The notes under the pieces: model-generated
Told to the model about the DNA's origin: nothing
Database searches by the model: none
Seen by the model: only the letters and a program-made list of their open reading frames with translations
Part shown: positions 47,884-61,014 of the stretch, in pieces
How positions within the stretch are numbered: position 1 is the first letter of the stretch
Layout of the letters: each line of letters opens with the position of its first letter
NCBI GenBank assembly: GCA_002269645.1
Contig: NIVC01000516.1
Span: 372,001-436,000 of the forward strand
Reading direction: 5' to 3'
Source: Macrostomum lignano
Taxonomy: Eukaryota
DNA length: 64,000 nucleotides
Position numbers and translations under genes: made by a program

Positions 47884-49759
47884 CTAAATGAACAGATTAG
47901 CTTCTGAAAATATTTAATGTTTTTTTAGCCTTGGTTTTAAGTCTAGAAAATATATTTTATTATAGAATAAATGTATAAAAAACAAAAATATATATTTAAA
48001 TTAATATAAAATAAAGTCAATTGTTTATGTTCTAGATCATGCTAAGCTTGTATTATAATATAATAAGAAAACTCTACTTTTTCTTGATTTATCATCACAA
48101 GGGAATAAATAGAAACTCAAAAAATATGCCAACTATAATAGAAAAAGAGAAAAACTTTCAAGATAGACTTTTAAATAATAAAAAGATATATATAAAACAA
48201 TTCATTGCTAAATATTTTAAGTGCAATGCAGTTAATTTTATTTTTTAATTATAAAGTCTATTTAAACAGATTAAGGACATAGAACATGGTTATATATTTA
48301 TAATATATAATATTATAAAATGTATTAAAACCAACTCAAAATGTTTTTTATTAAATGATTCAATGAAAAAGATTTATAAGTCTATTATAATAAGATGAAA
48401 ATTGATAATTATAAAACAAGTATCAAATATCAATATAACTAGGCCTAATCTTCATCTTGAAAAAACAATTACTAGGCCTTAATTAGTTTTATATATTGAA
48501 TTTCATAACATAGCCTAGACAAAGTAAAATAGGAAATATCATTTCTAGATTTGAACTTTTTGAAAACTAGCCTAATATATAAACCATAGGCTTAGTAGCT
48601 AGGTTTATACCAAAACATTGAAATAAGCCTAGGAACTGTTATTTTAGCAAGTTCTCTATGGAAGATAGATCAAAAATCAAATGCTTATTCATAGATATAG
48701 ATATAGGGGCCTATCTAAGTATCTCTTTCATTTTCGCAAATATATCAAAAGCTAGAAAATCAAAAATGACAATAATATATTTAATTTGGTTACCCTTTTT
48801 ACCATATCTTTTTTAGACCTACCCTAGCCTAGGCCTATCCATGCTCTTCTGATTAGACAATTAATAAGTAGGGCCTACAATAAAATTTTATTGAGAAACA
48901 ATTACCCTCGCTCCATGCATGTTTATTTAAGAACAAATCTATAGGCCTAGCCTAGATTGTCTTCTTTAAAGCAAGACTTTTAAATGGAAGTTTGGGTTTT
49001 ATTAGGCCCTAGCAAAAAAGTTAGGCCTATAAAATTAAAAAAGTGCCCCTGGCCACTGGCCTGAGTCAAATATTTGCCTAAAAATTGAAAATAATTAGAA
49101 AGAAACATATATAATCGAAATTACACAATTATATCGAGTTTATTAAGAAAGAAACCAAGTAAAAAGCAATGGGAATATTATGGACTATGCATGCAGGCTA
49201 GGCAAGCTTATGCTCACTAAAAATGTTGCATGGATTCTTGCTTTTACAAACAAAGCTTCAAAAAATAAATGAAGTCAATAAATAGTTATGTATTACTAAA
49301 AAAGATTCCGATATGCATTCATTGAACTTGAGCGACTAAAGTTCTTTTATATAAAAAATGAAAAATTACTATCTTTGTAGTGTACTTTTTGGCTTATCGC
49401 GCAAACCAGCTCAAAAATGTTTTCTAAGAAACCAAGTCGTCCTCGGCTTAGCTGGTCTACATACACCCTTTACTCACGTTTCTTTCGCAAGCGAATCACT
49501 TTTACATAATTTTAAAAAGACAATTCGGGCAGACTCAAAAAACTGACTGATCCAAATAAAATTTTAATTTTCCATTACGAATATTCGCCACTGGGTGTTG
49601 TAGCCAATTACATTAGCACGTAATTTACACCAAACAAGGGAAACGCATAGGCTGAAATTATAAAGTGCGACGCTAAAAAATAGTATTCTCCATAATGGAA
49701 GATGCCTCGATGCCTTAAAAGAGAAGCAAGGATCTCCCTTCAGTATTCCTATTCAGCTA

Positions 49760-49940
49760 TTATATGCTATTATCGCGGTGGGCAAGGCCGTGCTGGATCC
49801 AACAGAACGGGTTCTGGAGCCATTGCGGCACAGTGGCGCAAATTCTATCTCAGATAGCTAGCTCTTCGCCGAGTCATCGAGGCGGCACGGGTACACCAGT
49901 TTATCTTCATAGACTTCAAGAAGACATTGGACTCGGTCGT
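49760..49940 (+). mobile_element. Decayed RTE-type LINE reverse-transcriptase fragment
   Basis: Across frameshifts: VLDP / QQNGF..TVAQIL / LRRVIEAARVHQFIFIDFKKTLDSV, matching non-LTR RT QNGFR..RST..QI..LRR.IE...FIDFKKAFDSV. Confidence 0.65.
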
Positions 49941-49959
49941 AAGCAAGGCCCGCCCATGC

Positions 49960-50345
49960 TCATAAATTGTGCTCCGTGTATTCAATGCGTACGTACAACA
50001 GCACAGGTCGCAACATCATGGAACAAGCTGACAAGCTTTGGTTGCTGATGTGTGGTGAGTGTCGAGCGGTGCTCATCATGCAGAAAACCGACGTTGGTCT
50101 GCCAAGCTGAAAGAATTATCAAGGCTGCGATTTTGTGTCGGGGTATAGCACTGACGAAAAGCGCAGGTGACAATAGAATTCTTTCGCGATGTCTGCAACA
50201 GCTCGTTTACAGCTGGATGGTCTGATTCCCGACGTCCGCGTGGATCTACAGCGGCGTTGCTGTACGCCTTGCCTAGGTTGCCTTTCGTTTTTGGTTTTAT
50301 TTCGTTCTTATATCTCACAAAAATTTCTAAGCAAAAATATCTCGC
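49960..50345 (-). mobile_element. Possible decayed LINE C-terminal fragment, opposite orientation
   Basis: Weak RTE-like pieces (GKAY, ERILL, CYT, AAL.I.W.TN) spread across frames. Confidence 0.3.
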
Positions 50346-50356
50346 AAGCCACAAAT

Positions 50357-50750
<394 letters not shown>

Positions 50751-51306
50751 TATAATTTGTACGTGTGATGTTTTAAAGTAGTATAATCAATTTGATTAGT
50801 TAGCGAGCTCTATTCAAGGACTAATTCAGTACGAGTACTCTACTATTCGTCCCTGTTTGACGCGACAAATCAATCAACGGAATTACAGCTAGTATAGTTC
50901 ATATGTATGTACATGTAGTTCGTTATGCTTGCCCATAAGTGTACATTTATTACACACTTTCATGTCCTTCACTCTAAAATATTAGATTGCTCACCAGGCT
51001 GTATTAGCATCTTGGTCACAACAATCGAGCAAACTAACATACGGTATCACTTTGACTTCCGTCTTACTCTTTGTCAAGGGACAATTACAAGCGAATACAT
51101 AAAGTCAAGTGCCCTGCCCCCGTGCTTTTCATTAACGCCTGGGCGTTCTGAAGCCTTTTTCAGCGCTAGCTGCATTGATCAAATAATGGAGGAAGCATTA
51201 GCTAATTATTTTTGCATTGGCGCGTTGACGGGTATAAAAACAGCGATGATTTACGAGCTACTCTTTTTTTAAACTGTCTCTTCTTTTTCGAACTTTATAC
51301 TTCTCC

Positions 51307-53190
51307 ATGAGGACGATTCGGCTCGCTCCCCTTGCTGCAGGCAGTCCGAAGCCTCAGAACAACAATGAGTCGATCTTTAACATATCAGACTACATCGGCG
51401 AGAGCCAGTGGCCTCTACTAATTCGCTGCTTCCTTCAAGACGACGAGGCAGCGCTGAGAAGATTCTCTCAAAGATGCCCGGACACCTGGCTGAACTTCCT
51501 AACCAGCCGTGATACAAGCAATCATATTCGCTATTGCCCGCCGGAATTCCGGAGCAGCTCAAGTTCGAGCTCGATATCGAAGCAAATTACAGCCCTTCGT
51601 GGCATTCATCAGCAGCCGACAAATCCTTTCCTTATGGCTGTCATGTTCAATGCTAAGCGCTGTTGCGAGTTTATCAAAACTTCCGCTCCACAGTTGAACC
51701 TGGCCGAGGTCAGTGAGTACGGTTTCAATGCTTATCACGTGCTATTTCTGGGACTAAAGGTGCTGGATCAAGACTCAGACGGTCAGCTATCATTAAGCAC
51801 CCAGTTCGCATACATCCGGTTTTTTATTAAGGGTTTTTTCACCCCAGACCAGGTCGATCAAATGTCTCGTCAGGTGAACAGCTTTGGCATGAGGCCGCTG
51901 GACTGGGGTGTGTACACCGGCCAGGTGCATATCGTTGAGAAGCTGATGTACCGCAACCACAGCTGCGGAGTTGTGACTCGCGTTGCTGGCGCAATGGAGC
52001 ACGTCAAGATAGACTTGTCCGACTCTGTCTGCCCGGGACCGGAACGATTCCTGACGCCTTTGGCAATCATGGCCGACGTGTGCGAGACGCAGCTGGACGC
52101 TCTGCGCAGGATGGAGATTTTCCGACAGCCGTTGGTCATTGCCTCCTGGGTCGATGCCATGTTCTCTCGCAGTCGCTGGCTATTGTTGACAAACATTATC
52201 GAGCGAATTTTCCATCTCACTCTGACGCTATTCTTCTTTGACTACACGGTTAGCGATCACCTGGTCGCGGCGTGCACAAACACTAGCGGAGTCGCCTTGC
52301 CAACGGGTTTCAAAGTCACCATTGCCTACAGCCTAGCTGTGAGCGTCTGGCAGCTCGTGGTGCCTGGGCTCGGAGCTGTTCGCAAGTACCGCTACAGACG
52401 CAGAGTTGGCTATCCGAGCGCCTCGGCTGGAAGCTTCAGACTCGTCATGCAGTGGTATTTTCCGCATCTGTCCTGCGGCCTGCTAGCTCTGACAATGCTG
52501 CTGCTGATGGTGGCACCTGCTGCAGCCTGCGATAGCCTCGGCATGGAGCAGCTGCAACCGCTCATCGGCTGCCTGATGCTGGTACACGCCCTCTTCAGTG
52601 TCTTATTCATCCTGCTGCTAAGCCGTCTCATTCCCGGAGTGTCGAGATTCACTAACAGCTTCTACAACAGCTTTGCAATGTTTGGCAATTTTTTAATCTG
52701 CTACGTCCTACTGCTGGTGCTGTTCGCCCGCCTGTTCCAGGCGTCTGGTCGGTTTCAACAGCAGCAGCAGCAGCAGCTGAAGCAGGCGACCAACATCAGT
52801 GGGAGTCAGCAGCAGCCGGAATTCATGGAGTCCTTCTATTGGGCCTTCCTGCTCACACTGAACGTTGTCGATACGAGCACGTTTGCTCCGACGTTTGATC
52901 GTCTGGACCTGCTAGTAACTCTGTTCGTCTTTATCATTCTGGTGCCCATAGTGTTCATCAACTTTGTCACCGGAGTTCTGTCTAGCGTTGTCAGCCACAG
53001 TATGGACCGCGGCGTTGAGTTTAGCTACGTGCTCAAGCTGAACTATGCCGAGCACATGGAGACCAGCTACTATTGGCTGCATCGACTGATAGACTGGGCA
53101 TTTGGTCGAAAGCCCCGCCTGATCATCTCGCTCTGTCTGCCTCTGCGCTTGACTTGCAAGACAATGCAGGAGCTCAGTGGCTCGCTGTGA
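51307..53190 (+). CDS. Divergent TRPV-family (TRPV5/6-like) cation channel, uninterrupted 627-aa ORF
   Basis: Ankyrin-like segments (NPFLMAVMFNAKRC, GFNAYHVL, NSFGMRPLDWGVYTGQVHIVEKLM), a TRPV-like linker, six hydrophobic helices, pore helix/filter FYWAFLLTLNVVD (cf. TRPV6 FELFLTIID), and S6 ending in INFVTG. Confidence 0.8.
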   Translation: MRTIRLAPLAAGSPKPQNNNESIFNISDYIGESQWPLLIRCFLQDDEAALRRFSQRCPDTWLNFLTSRDTSNHIRYCPPEFRSSSSSSSISKQITALRGIHQQPTNPFLMAVMFNAKRCCEFIKTSAPQLNLAEVSEYGFNAYHVLFLGLKVLDQDSDGQLSLSTQFAYIRFFIKGFFTPDQVDQMSRQVNSFGMRPLDWGVYTGQVHIVEKLMYRNHSCGVVTRVAGAMEHVKIDLSDSVCPGPERFLTPLAIMADVCETQLDALRRMEIFRQPLVIASWVDAMFSRSRWLLLTNIIERIFHLTLTLFFFDYTVSDHLVAACTNTSGVALPTGFKVTIAYSLAVSVWQLVVPGLGAVRKYRYRRRVGYPSASAGSFRLVMQWYFPHLSCGLLALTMLLLMVAPAAACDSLGMEQLQPLIGCLMLVHALFSVLFILLLSRLIPGVSRFTNSFYNSFAMFGNFLICYVLLLVLFARLFQASGRFQQQQQQQLKQATNISGSQQQPEFMESFYWAFLLTLNVVDTSTFAPTFDRLDLLVTLFVFIILVPIVFINFVTGVLSSVVSHSMDRGVEFSYVLKLNYAEHMETSYYWLHRLIDWAFGRKPRLIISLCLPLRLTCKTMQELSGSL

Positions 53191-53198
53191 CGGAGAGC

Positions 53199-53900
<702 letters not shown>

Positions 53901-54524
53901 AGTTAAGATTAGAATGAATTTCTTTGGTAGAAATTTGTAGACGCGCTCTGAAGTTAAGTTTAGGATCAGTAAAGTTTAGGATCAATGAAGTTTCGGAGCT
54001 GCGATAATATTGGTAACTCCCCAGATCATCAATAAACAGGCAAAATCTTGCAAAAACATCGAATCCATGCTTTGACCTGTTGCTTCTTTTAGTCCTATCC
54101 TAAAAAGTACTTTTCTGCTCTCTCCCAGTCAGTCAACAGCAGTCTCAGGCCTCGAAATTGCTTTTAGCTACGATAGCTGGCTAAAAAGAGTTTATAATTA
54201 GAAGCAGAAGAAGAGAGCCTGAAACTCAGCGCTGTCCGCTCAAAAGACGGGTTTTCCGGCGGGGGGGGCAATTAGAGCAGGGAAGGGCCATGATGGATAA
54301 GTGACAGCAGCTGGCTTCATTTTCGCAAAGGCTTTTGTGAAGCTGCAGACTCAGAAAAACAGCAGGAAGTCTCCTCACATGCAGGTTTTAGAGCTCCAAT
54401 TAAAATGATTTTCTCGAAAGCAGACCGGCTGTCTTTGATTCTGCACCATGAGGTGGTAATTTTCGTTTGTGTGAAAGGAAAGGATTCAAAGGAAAAGGGA
54501 TATGAAGAGAAGATCGAAGCAGGG

Positions 54525-54775
54525 GAGAGAAGGAGAGAAGGACAGGGGAAGGCGGGGAAGGAGAGGGGAAGGCGGGGAAGGAGAGGGGAAGGCGGGGAAG
54601 GAGAGGGGAAGGCGGGGAAGGAGAGGGGAAGGCGGGCTAGGAGAGGGGAAGGCGGGGAAGGAGAGGGGAAGGCGGGGAAGGAGAGGGGGAAGGCGTCAGG
54701 AGAGGGGAAGGCGGGGAAGGAGAGGGGAAGGCCGGGGAAGGAGAGGGGAAGGCGGGCTAGGAGAGGGGAAGGCTA
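54525..54775. repeat. 20-bp purine-rich minisatellite
   Basis: Unit ggaaggcggggaaggagagg. Confidence 0.92.
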
Positions 54776-55619
54776 GTTAACGCAAGTAAACTAAAATTTA
54801 TAAATTTGTTAGTCAAAGCATGAATGCATGAGCAAGCTGCCCAGACAAAATATTGTAATTGACTACCCCAGTCACGCCTGGGGTCATAAAAGTACATTTG
54901 CACTGACGCTGATACAATGGCGCAATTTTTTTACCAGTTGATTGACAGTAAAACATTTTTTAAAGAATTGATTGCTTGCCTTGCTGCTGTCACTGTCTAT
55001 CGCTGATAAAGACAGCGGGTTGAAGTTTTCATATTCTAAAAAATTGTGCTTGTCGAGCGTGAGGCACTGCAAGAATGCTGCTTTTTTACAGCTGATTTTG
55101 AGTGCATTTTGGCGATAAGAGCACAGTTCGAGGGGCTTCTGAGGTAAATACTAAACCAAATGATAAGAGCTTGTCGAAAATCAAGTGGGCCTGCTCAAGA
55201 AAGATCCATTTCTAGAACTCGTGACTCATTTTTGTCATGATAATTGGCCTTCAACTTTATTTTCTCCTTTTACTAGTGAACGGGGCACAATAAATTAGTT
55301 TGCTAACTAATTAATGCATGCAGAATAACTTTAACACTCGGTCGGAGTGCTTATTGGAGCGAATCTCAGTTTGAGGGCATGCTTTTCGTGGCTGCTCAAA
55401 GTATACATATATTCTTCACCTGCTTGATTCACAGAAAACCCGGAAAAAGCTGTAACCCCCGTGTTTGCTCACGTGATATCGACCGAAATGCATAACAAGA
55501 ACGCTATCTATCGTGTTGCTTTGATTTCGCAAGCAAGATTGCTGAGATTTTGAAACAAAAACTATTTGGCTTAAGAGAACTTTATTGATTTTTTTGGGCT
55601 TGACTGTGGGAAATGGGGA

Positions 55620-55900
55620 AAGAGATAGAGAAATAGACAAGCACATAGACACCAGTAGATAGAGAAGTAGACAAGCACATAGACACGAGTAGATAGAGAA
55701 GTAGACAAGCACATAGACACCAGTAGATAGAGAAGTAGACAAGCACATAGACACCAGTAGATAGAGAAGTAGACAAGCACATAGACACCAGTAGATAGAG
55801 AAGTAGACAAGCACGTAGACACGAGTAGATAGAGAAGTAGACAAGCACATAGACACCAGTAGATAGAGAAGTAGACAAATGCACAAGCATAGAGAGAAGC
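55620..55900. repeat. 34-bp minisatellite
   Basis: Unit agtagatagagaagtagacaagcacatagacacc. Confidence 0.93.
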
Positions 55901-57619
55901 TACAAACAAGTAGAAACAGAGATACCAGACGTAGTTTAAAACGCAGACCAAAATATGGAGTAAGGTTTAGTAATTAACCATGCCAATTTTGCTAGGTTCG
56001 CTCAACAAGAAAATAAGTAGTGCGCACTCACAGAGAACCTACCCTCCCCTGTGGTCAGCTGCACCCAAATTTGTCCAGTTGTGCTAAACTCTATTAGCCA
56101 TAGGGTTTAAGCGCTCGGCCCTCTGACAACCTAACGTACTAGGACTAAACTAAAAATTCTCATACACAGTTAAATGCACAATAACCTGGTTCATTCACTT
56201 GCATTTTGGCTTCAAGTGTTATTTATTTATATATATATTGTTGGTCCCCTGCGCAGCCCCGCTGTAACCAGAGCCCAATTCAACTGACTGGTACAACTAA
56301 GTTTGAGAACAGAAGACAAAAGTTTGGGCGCCATGAGTCCAAGAGCGCTCCGTTAACGAGTAACTTTGCTCTACACACTCTCACGAGTGAATAGAAATGA
56401 AAATGATTAATGAGCTGTATTTGATATTCAGTTTGCCCGAATCTTGGCTATATTGTCAAATTAAAAAGAAACTTTGCAAAAATGACCGACGGCGACAAAC
56501 CACGTGACTTAGGGTGGTTTTATTGTTCATTTTTTTTTCACTGAGGTAGAGTGAGAGACAGAAGGGTGGACGAGAGGAGAGATGAAGGAGTTGGTGGGAG
56601 AGAGAGAGGGAGGTCATGCAGCGTGCACTATTAGCAGAGAGTCAAAGTCGCGCATAGCCCTCAACTGTGCATTTTGTATTCTGGCAGCTCCGACCGCACT
56701 GAATTAATGCAAAACGAGAGCTACGCCTGGTGCTACAGTGCAAGTGCAAGACTGCGTCGAGAAGGCCTCGTGACAACGCCTATAGAGTGCAAAAGATTCT
56801 ACATTGAATATGAAAAATTAGCCTGTAAAGTGACTTTGGTTTCTCGGGAACCATTCTCAGGTGTAGGGCACGCTTCCGTCACGTGATAAACATTTCTTAA
56901 ACAACTTTTATGGCTGCATGAACAAATACTTGACGAATGGAGCTGCTTGTCTCCCCCCGTCACATCGGCGCCGGCCCAGATCTGATAAAGAAAATTTATT
57001 CAAGCCAATTACAATATAAAAAACTAGCGTAAAATCTCTTTCAAGTCGTTCTGTTTATCTTAACTTGGGTGAGGGCGGTGCAGTATGCCGCGGGAATAGC
57101 TGAAGCGGAAAAGCAAGCCGAAAACGATATTGGTGTCACCGCGACGCTCCAATTCAATCGAGGCCCCTTTTTTCGGAGGCCGAAGTCCGCCAGCGGAAAG
57201 TTTTTCTACATTTCGATAGGGAAGGGAATCGTGCGGGGTATTAAGTGGCTAGATTTTGCGACAATATCGTTTTTTGTCTACAGTTTTAACCTCAGTTAGC
57301 ATCGAGTGGCTCACCAACTAACATATTGCAACTGATGATTAAGCAAGCATTTTAATACAGAGAGGACAAGGTCAGCAGCACTATTACTAAAGCAACTCCA
57401 TTTTAAAATGCTTATTAGCATAATTAAACATCTGGTTCTTGATATTGGTAAATCAAAACATCGAGAAATATCGAGAATCCTATGTTTGATTTGTAGTTTC
57501 AAAATAACTTTTTTGTACTTTTAGGCCAATGGTCGGCTCCAGGGGATATTTGATTTCGCAAGAAAGATTTTTGAAATTTGCTGAGCAGGGGTCGGCAGCT
57601 TCGGCCCGCTTAAGAGGTC

Positions 57620-58800
57620 TTTTCTCAACTCTTTTACCTCCTTTTCTCCTCTCTCCTCTCTCCCTTTCTCCTCTCTCCTCTCTCCCTTTTCTCCTCTCTC
57701 CTCTCTCCTTTTCTCCTCTCTCCTTTTCTCCTCTCTCCTCTCTCCCTTTTCTCCTCTCTCCTCTCTCCTTTTCTCCTCTCTCCTCTCTCCCTTTTCTCCT
57801 CTCTCCTCTCTCCCTTTTCTCCTCTCTCCTCTCTCCCTTTTCTCCTCTCTCCTCTCTCCCTTTTCTCCTCTCTCCGCTCTCCCTTTTCTCCTCTCTCCTC
57901 TCTCCCTTTCTCCTCTCTCCTCTCTCCCTTTTCTCCTCTCTCCTCTCTCCTTTTCTCCTCTCTCCTCTCTCCCTTTTCTCCTCTCTCCTCTCTCACTTTT
58001 CTCCTCTCTCCTCTCTCCCTTTTCTCCTCTCTCCTCTCTCCCTTTTCTCCTCTCTCCGCTCTCCCTTTTCTCCTCTCTCCTCTCTCACTTTTCTCCTCTC
58101 TCCTCTCTCACTTTTCTCCTCTCTCCTCTCTCACTTTTCTCCTCTCTCCTCTCTCCTTTTCTCCTCTCTCCGCTCTCCCTTTTCTCCTCTCTCCTCTCTC
58201 CCTTTTCTCCTCTCTCCGCTCTCCCTTTTCTCCTCTCTCCTCTCTCCCTTTTCTCCTCTCTCCTCTCTCCTTTTCTCCTCTCTCCTCTCACCCTTTTCTC
58301 CTCTCTCCTCTCTCCCTTTTCTCCTCTCTCCTCTCACCCTTTTCTCCTCTCTCCTCTCTCCCTTTCTCCTCTCTCCTCTCTCACTTTTCTCCTCTCTCCT
58401 CTCTCACTTTTCTCCTCTCTCCTCTCTCCTTTTCTCCTCTCTCCGCTCTCCCTTTTCTCCTCTCTCCTCTCTCCCTTTTCTCCTCTCTCCGCTCTCCCTT
58501 TTCTCCTCTCTCCTCTCTCCCTTTTCTCCTCTCTCCTCTCTCCTTTTCTCCTCTCTCCTCTCTCCTTTTCTCCTCTCTCCTCTCTCCCTTTTCTCCTCTC
58601 TCCTCTCTCCCTTTTCTCCTCTCTCCTCTCTCCATTTTCTCCTCTCTCCTCTCTCCTTTTTTCTCCTCTCTCCTCTCTCCCTTTTCTCCTCTCTCCTCTC
58701 TCCCTTTTCTCCTCTCTCCTCTCTCCTTTTTTCTCCTCTCTCCTCTCTCCCTTTTCTCCTCTCTCCTCTCTCATCTCATATTTTCTCATCTCTTCTCTTC
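57620..58800. repeat. CT-rich polypyrimidine minisatellite
   Basis: Recurring ttttctcctctctcctctctccc. Confidence 0.97.
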
Positions 58801-60387
58801 TCTCTCATCTTTTCTGAAACCATATCTCATCTCATGATCATCTCTCTCTCTCCTCTTTGGCCTTTATTCCCTCTGCTTTCCTTTCTCATCTGGGCCTTGA
58901 GATAAAAAAGTTGGCCGACCCCTGTTACTGTATGCATGATTATGCATGATAGATTGCTTGATGTAACTGCCTCCCAAACATGCCAGCTTTGATATCTTAA
59001 ATACCTATTCGACTTGATCTTGCATGTCATTTCCAGATAAATTTGTTGCTTTAATCTAGCAAACGCATGCATTTACGAGTACAACAAACTGTGGGGGAAT
59101 CCCACAAATAAAGTTTATTGATTTTTTCACGAGATGGGAATCCGAGGGACAATTAGTCGGGTAAAAACTAGATAATAGTGCAAGTTAGGTAGCGGGCCTC
59201 AGCGCGCAGGTTCTGTCTTAGCTGCTTAGCAAATGGACGAGAGGTAAGCGAGGATGAAGGTAAAAATCTGCCATCTCTTTACTTTGCTGAGCCGCCCCCC
59301 CCAATATGGAATCGCCTGTTTGTTCGCCTGTGGAAATTTCCAACAGAGCCTGCCTGTTCTCTTACTTAGGCCCAGCCCTGTGCGCACAACCCTGTCCGCG
59401 CTCCCTTCGTGCGAGAGTGATCGCGGGTCCCGCCTGTCTCCTCAAGCCCAGAAAAAATGCGTCACATTGAACTTCCCCAACCCCGCAATCCTCTCTCCTC
59501 CCTCCGCTCTCTCCCTTTTCTCTCTCCTTTTCTCTAGCTTGTATTTTCTAGGCCGGGGGGGGGGGGCAGTATAATTCTCAGTGCAAGCTTGAATTAGGAG
59601 CCAAGCAGCCTATTTCATTGGCTGAGGGGTGCTGGCAGAGTTTTTAGGGTCAAACAGCCGCCCTCCCTCCCCCAGTGCAGACGGGCACCAGCGCACAGCA
59701 GGCAGTTCTCTCCCTCTATTCTGCCTCCTGCCCCATGTGGGGAGCAAGACCCAAAGATTCTTCAGCGCTTGCGGAGGGGTGGGTGGGGGGAGGCGCCTGA
59801 GCGGTATAGTGCCGGTCTGGCAATTTTTCATATTTAAAGCAACTGGAGTAACAGGGTTCTTCGGCCCGCCACCGCCATTCACTCAGTACTCAGTGCGCAC
59901 CCTGTTGTATTTTAGACAGTTTTGCTAACTATAGACTGATAAATACGCTGAATCTGCCACGAAACTTCTTTCCTCTTTGAATTATCTTTAACCTGGAAAC
60001 CTTAACTGAACAAAAATTGAGTTAGAAACGATTTGCAAAGGTTGCAAAGTTGCGCGCGATGCCGTTGAAAAAGTACATCACAGACCTGTGGTCTAGAAAG
60101 GTAAGAAAAGTTTGAATTGAACTTGAAAAGTTTTGCTTCATTATTCCAGTCTTTTTTTTTTACTGTTTATTGTTTCCAAAGTGGCAAAGCTTAGTAAACA
60201 CCAAAATAAACAGTCTAAACACCCTCCCTAAGAATAGTAAACAGCAACTTCTTTCGTGCTTGACGACTTAGATTGTAATTTTTTTGGCTTAATATATGAT
60301 CGATATTTTATGAGAATAATAGTCTTACAGAATTATCGGGGACCACACTAATACAGTTCTTAGTCGTTGGAATTCAGTTGCAGCAAC

Positions 60388-60450
60388 ATGGCCCACGCTA
60401 CACACGGCCCAGCGGATGGAGGAGGCGGAGGCTCCCCCTGCCCCTTCTGG
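60388..60450 (+). CDS. Candidate first coding exon of the SLC6 gene
   Basis: gcaacATGG start context; MAHATHGPADGGGGGSPCPFW|gtgggc, phase 0, compatible with the acceptor at 62490. No homology support. Confidence 0.3.
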
Positions 60451-61014
60451 GTGGGCCCTTAGTGGAATAAATAAAAATGCTGTTGGAATTTTCCACAAGC
60501 ATCATCTCCTTTCCTTTCCACCAACTCGCCTCCCCTTACCCCCCCTCTCTCTCTCCCTCCCCAAGCTCTCTTCTTGTACAACAGTACAGTCGTCTGTCTA
60601 TCTGCAGACACCCCCTGTTGGCCTTGTGGGAAGCGGAATTGCTAACACAGAGACAGGCAAGATCGCACCGCAGGGGATAGCAATGCTGCATCTATTGAAT
60701 CACATGTGTTGGTGCATACTATATCAGCTGCGACCATCAAACAATTAAAGACAACAGTTGTTGCTGTGCCCTAATCCTCTTGTCCCTTTTATGACCTAGA
60801 AAGTTTCAACTTTTTTTTTCACCAAGGTCACACAAGATGCATTATTGCACAAAACCATTTTCTAATTGTTTTGTTAAACTGATTTCATTTTTTTGGCGTC
60901 TGAAACTGAGAGAGCTTGACTTCGTGTTGTCTACTCCACGGCAATAAGCCCGTAGCAACAAAATTAATACTTTGGTAATTAATTCTGTTACATGATGTGC
61001 CTACTGTTTCCTTG

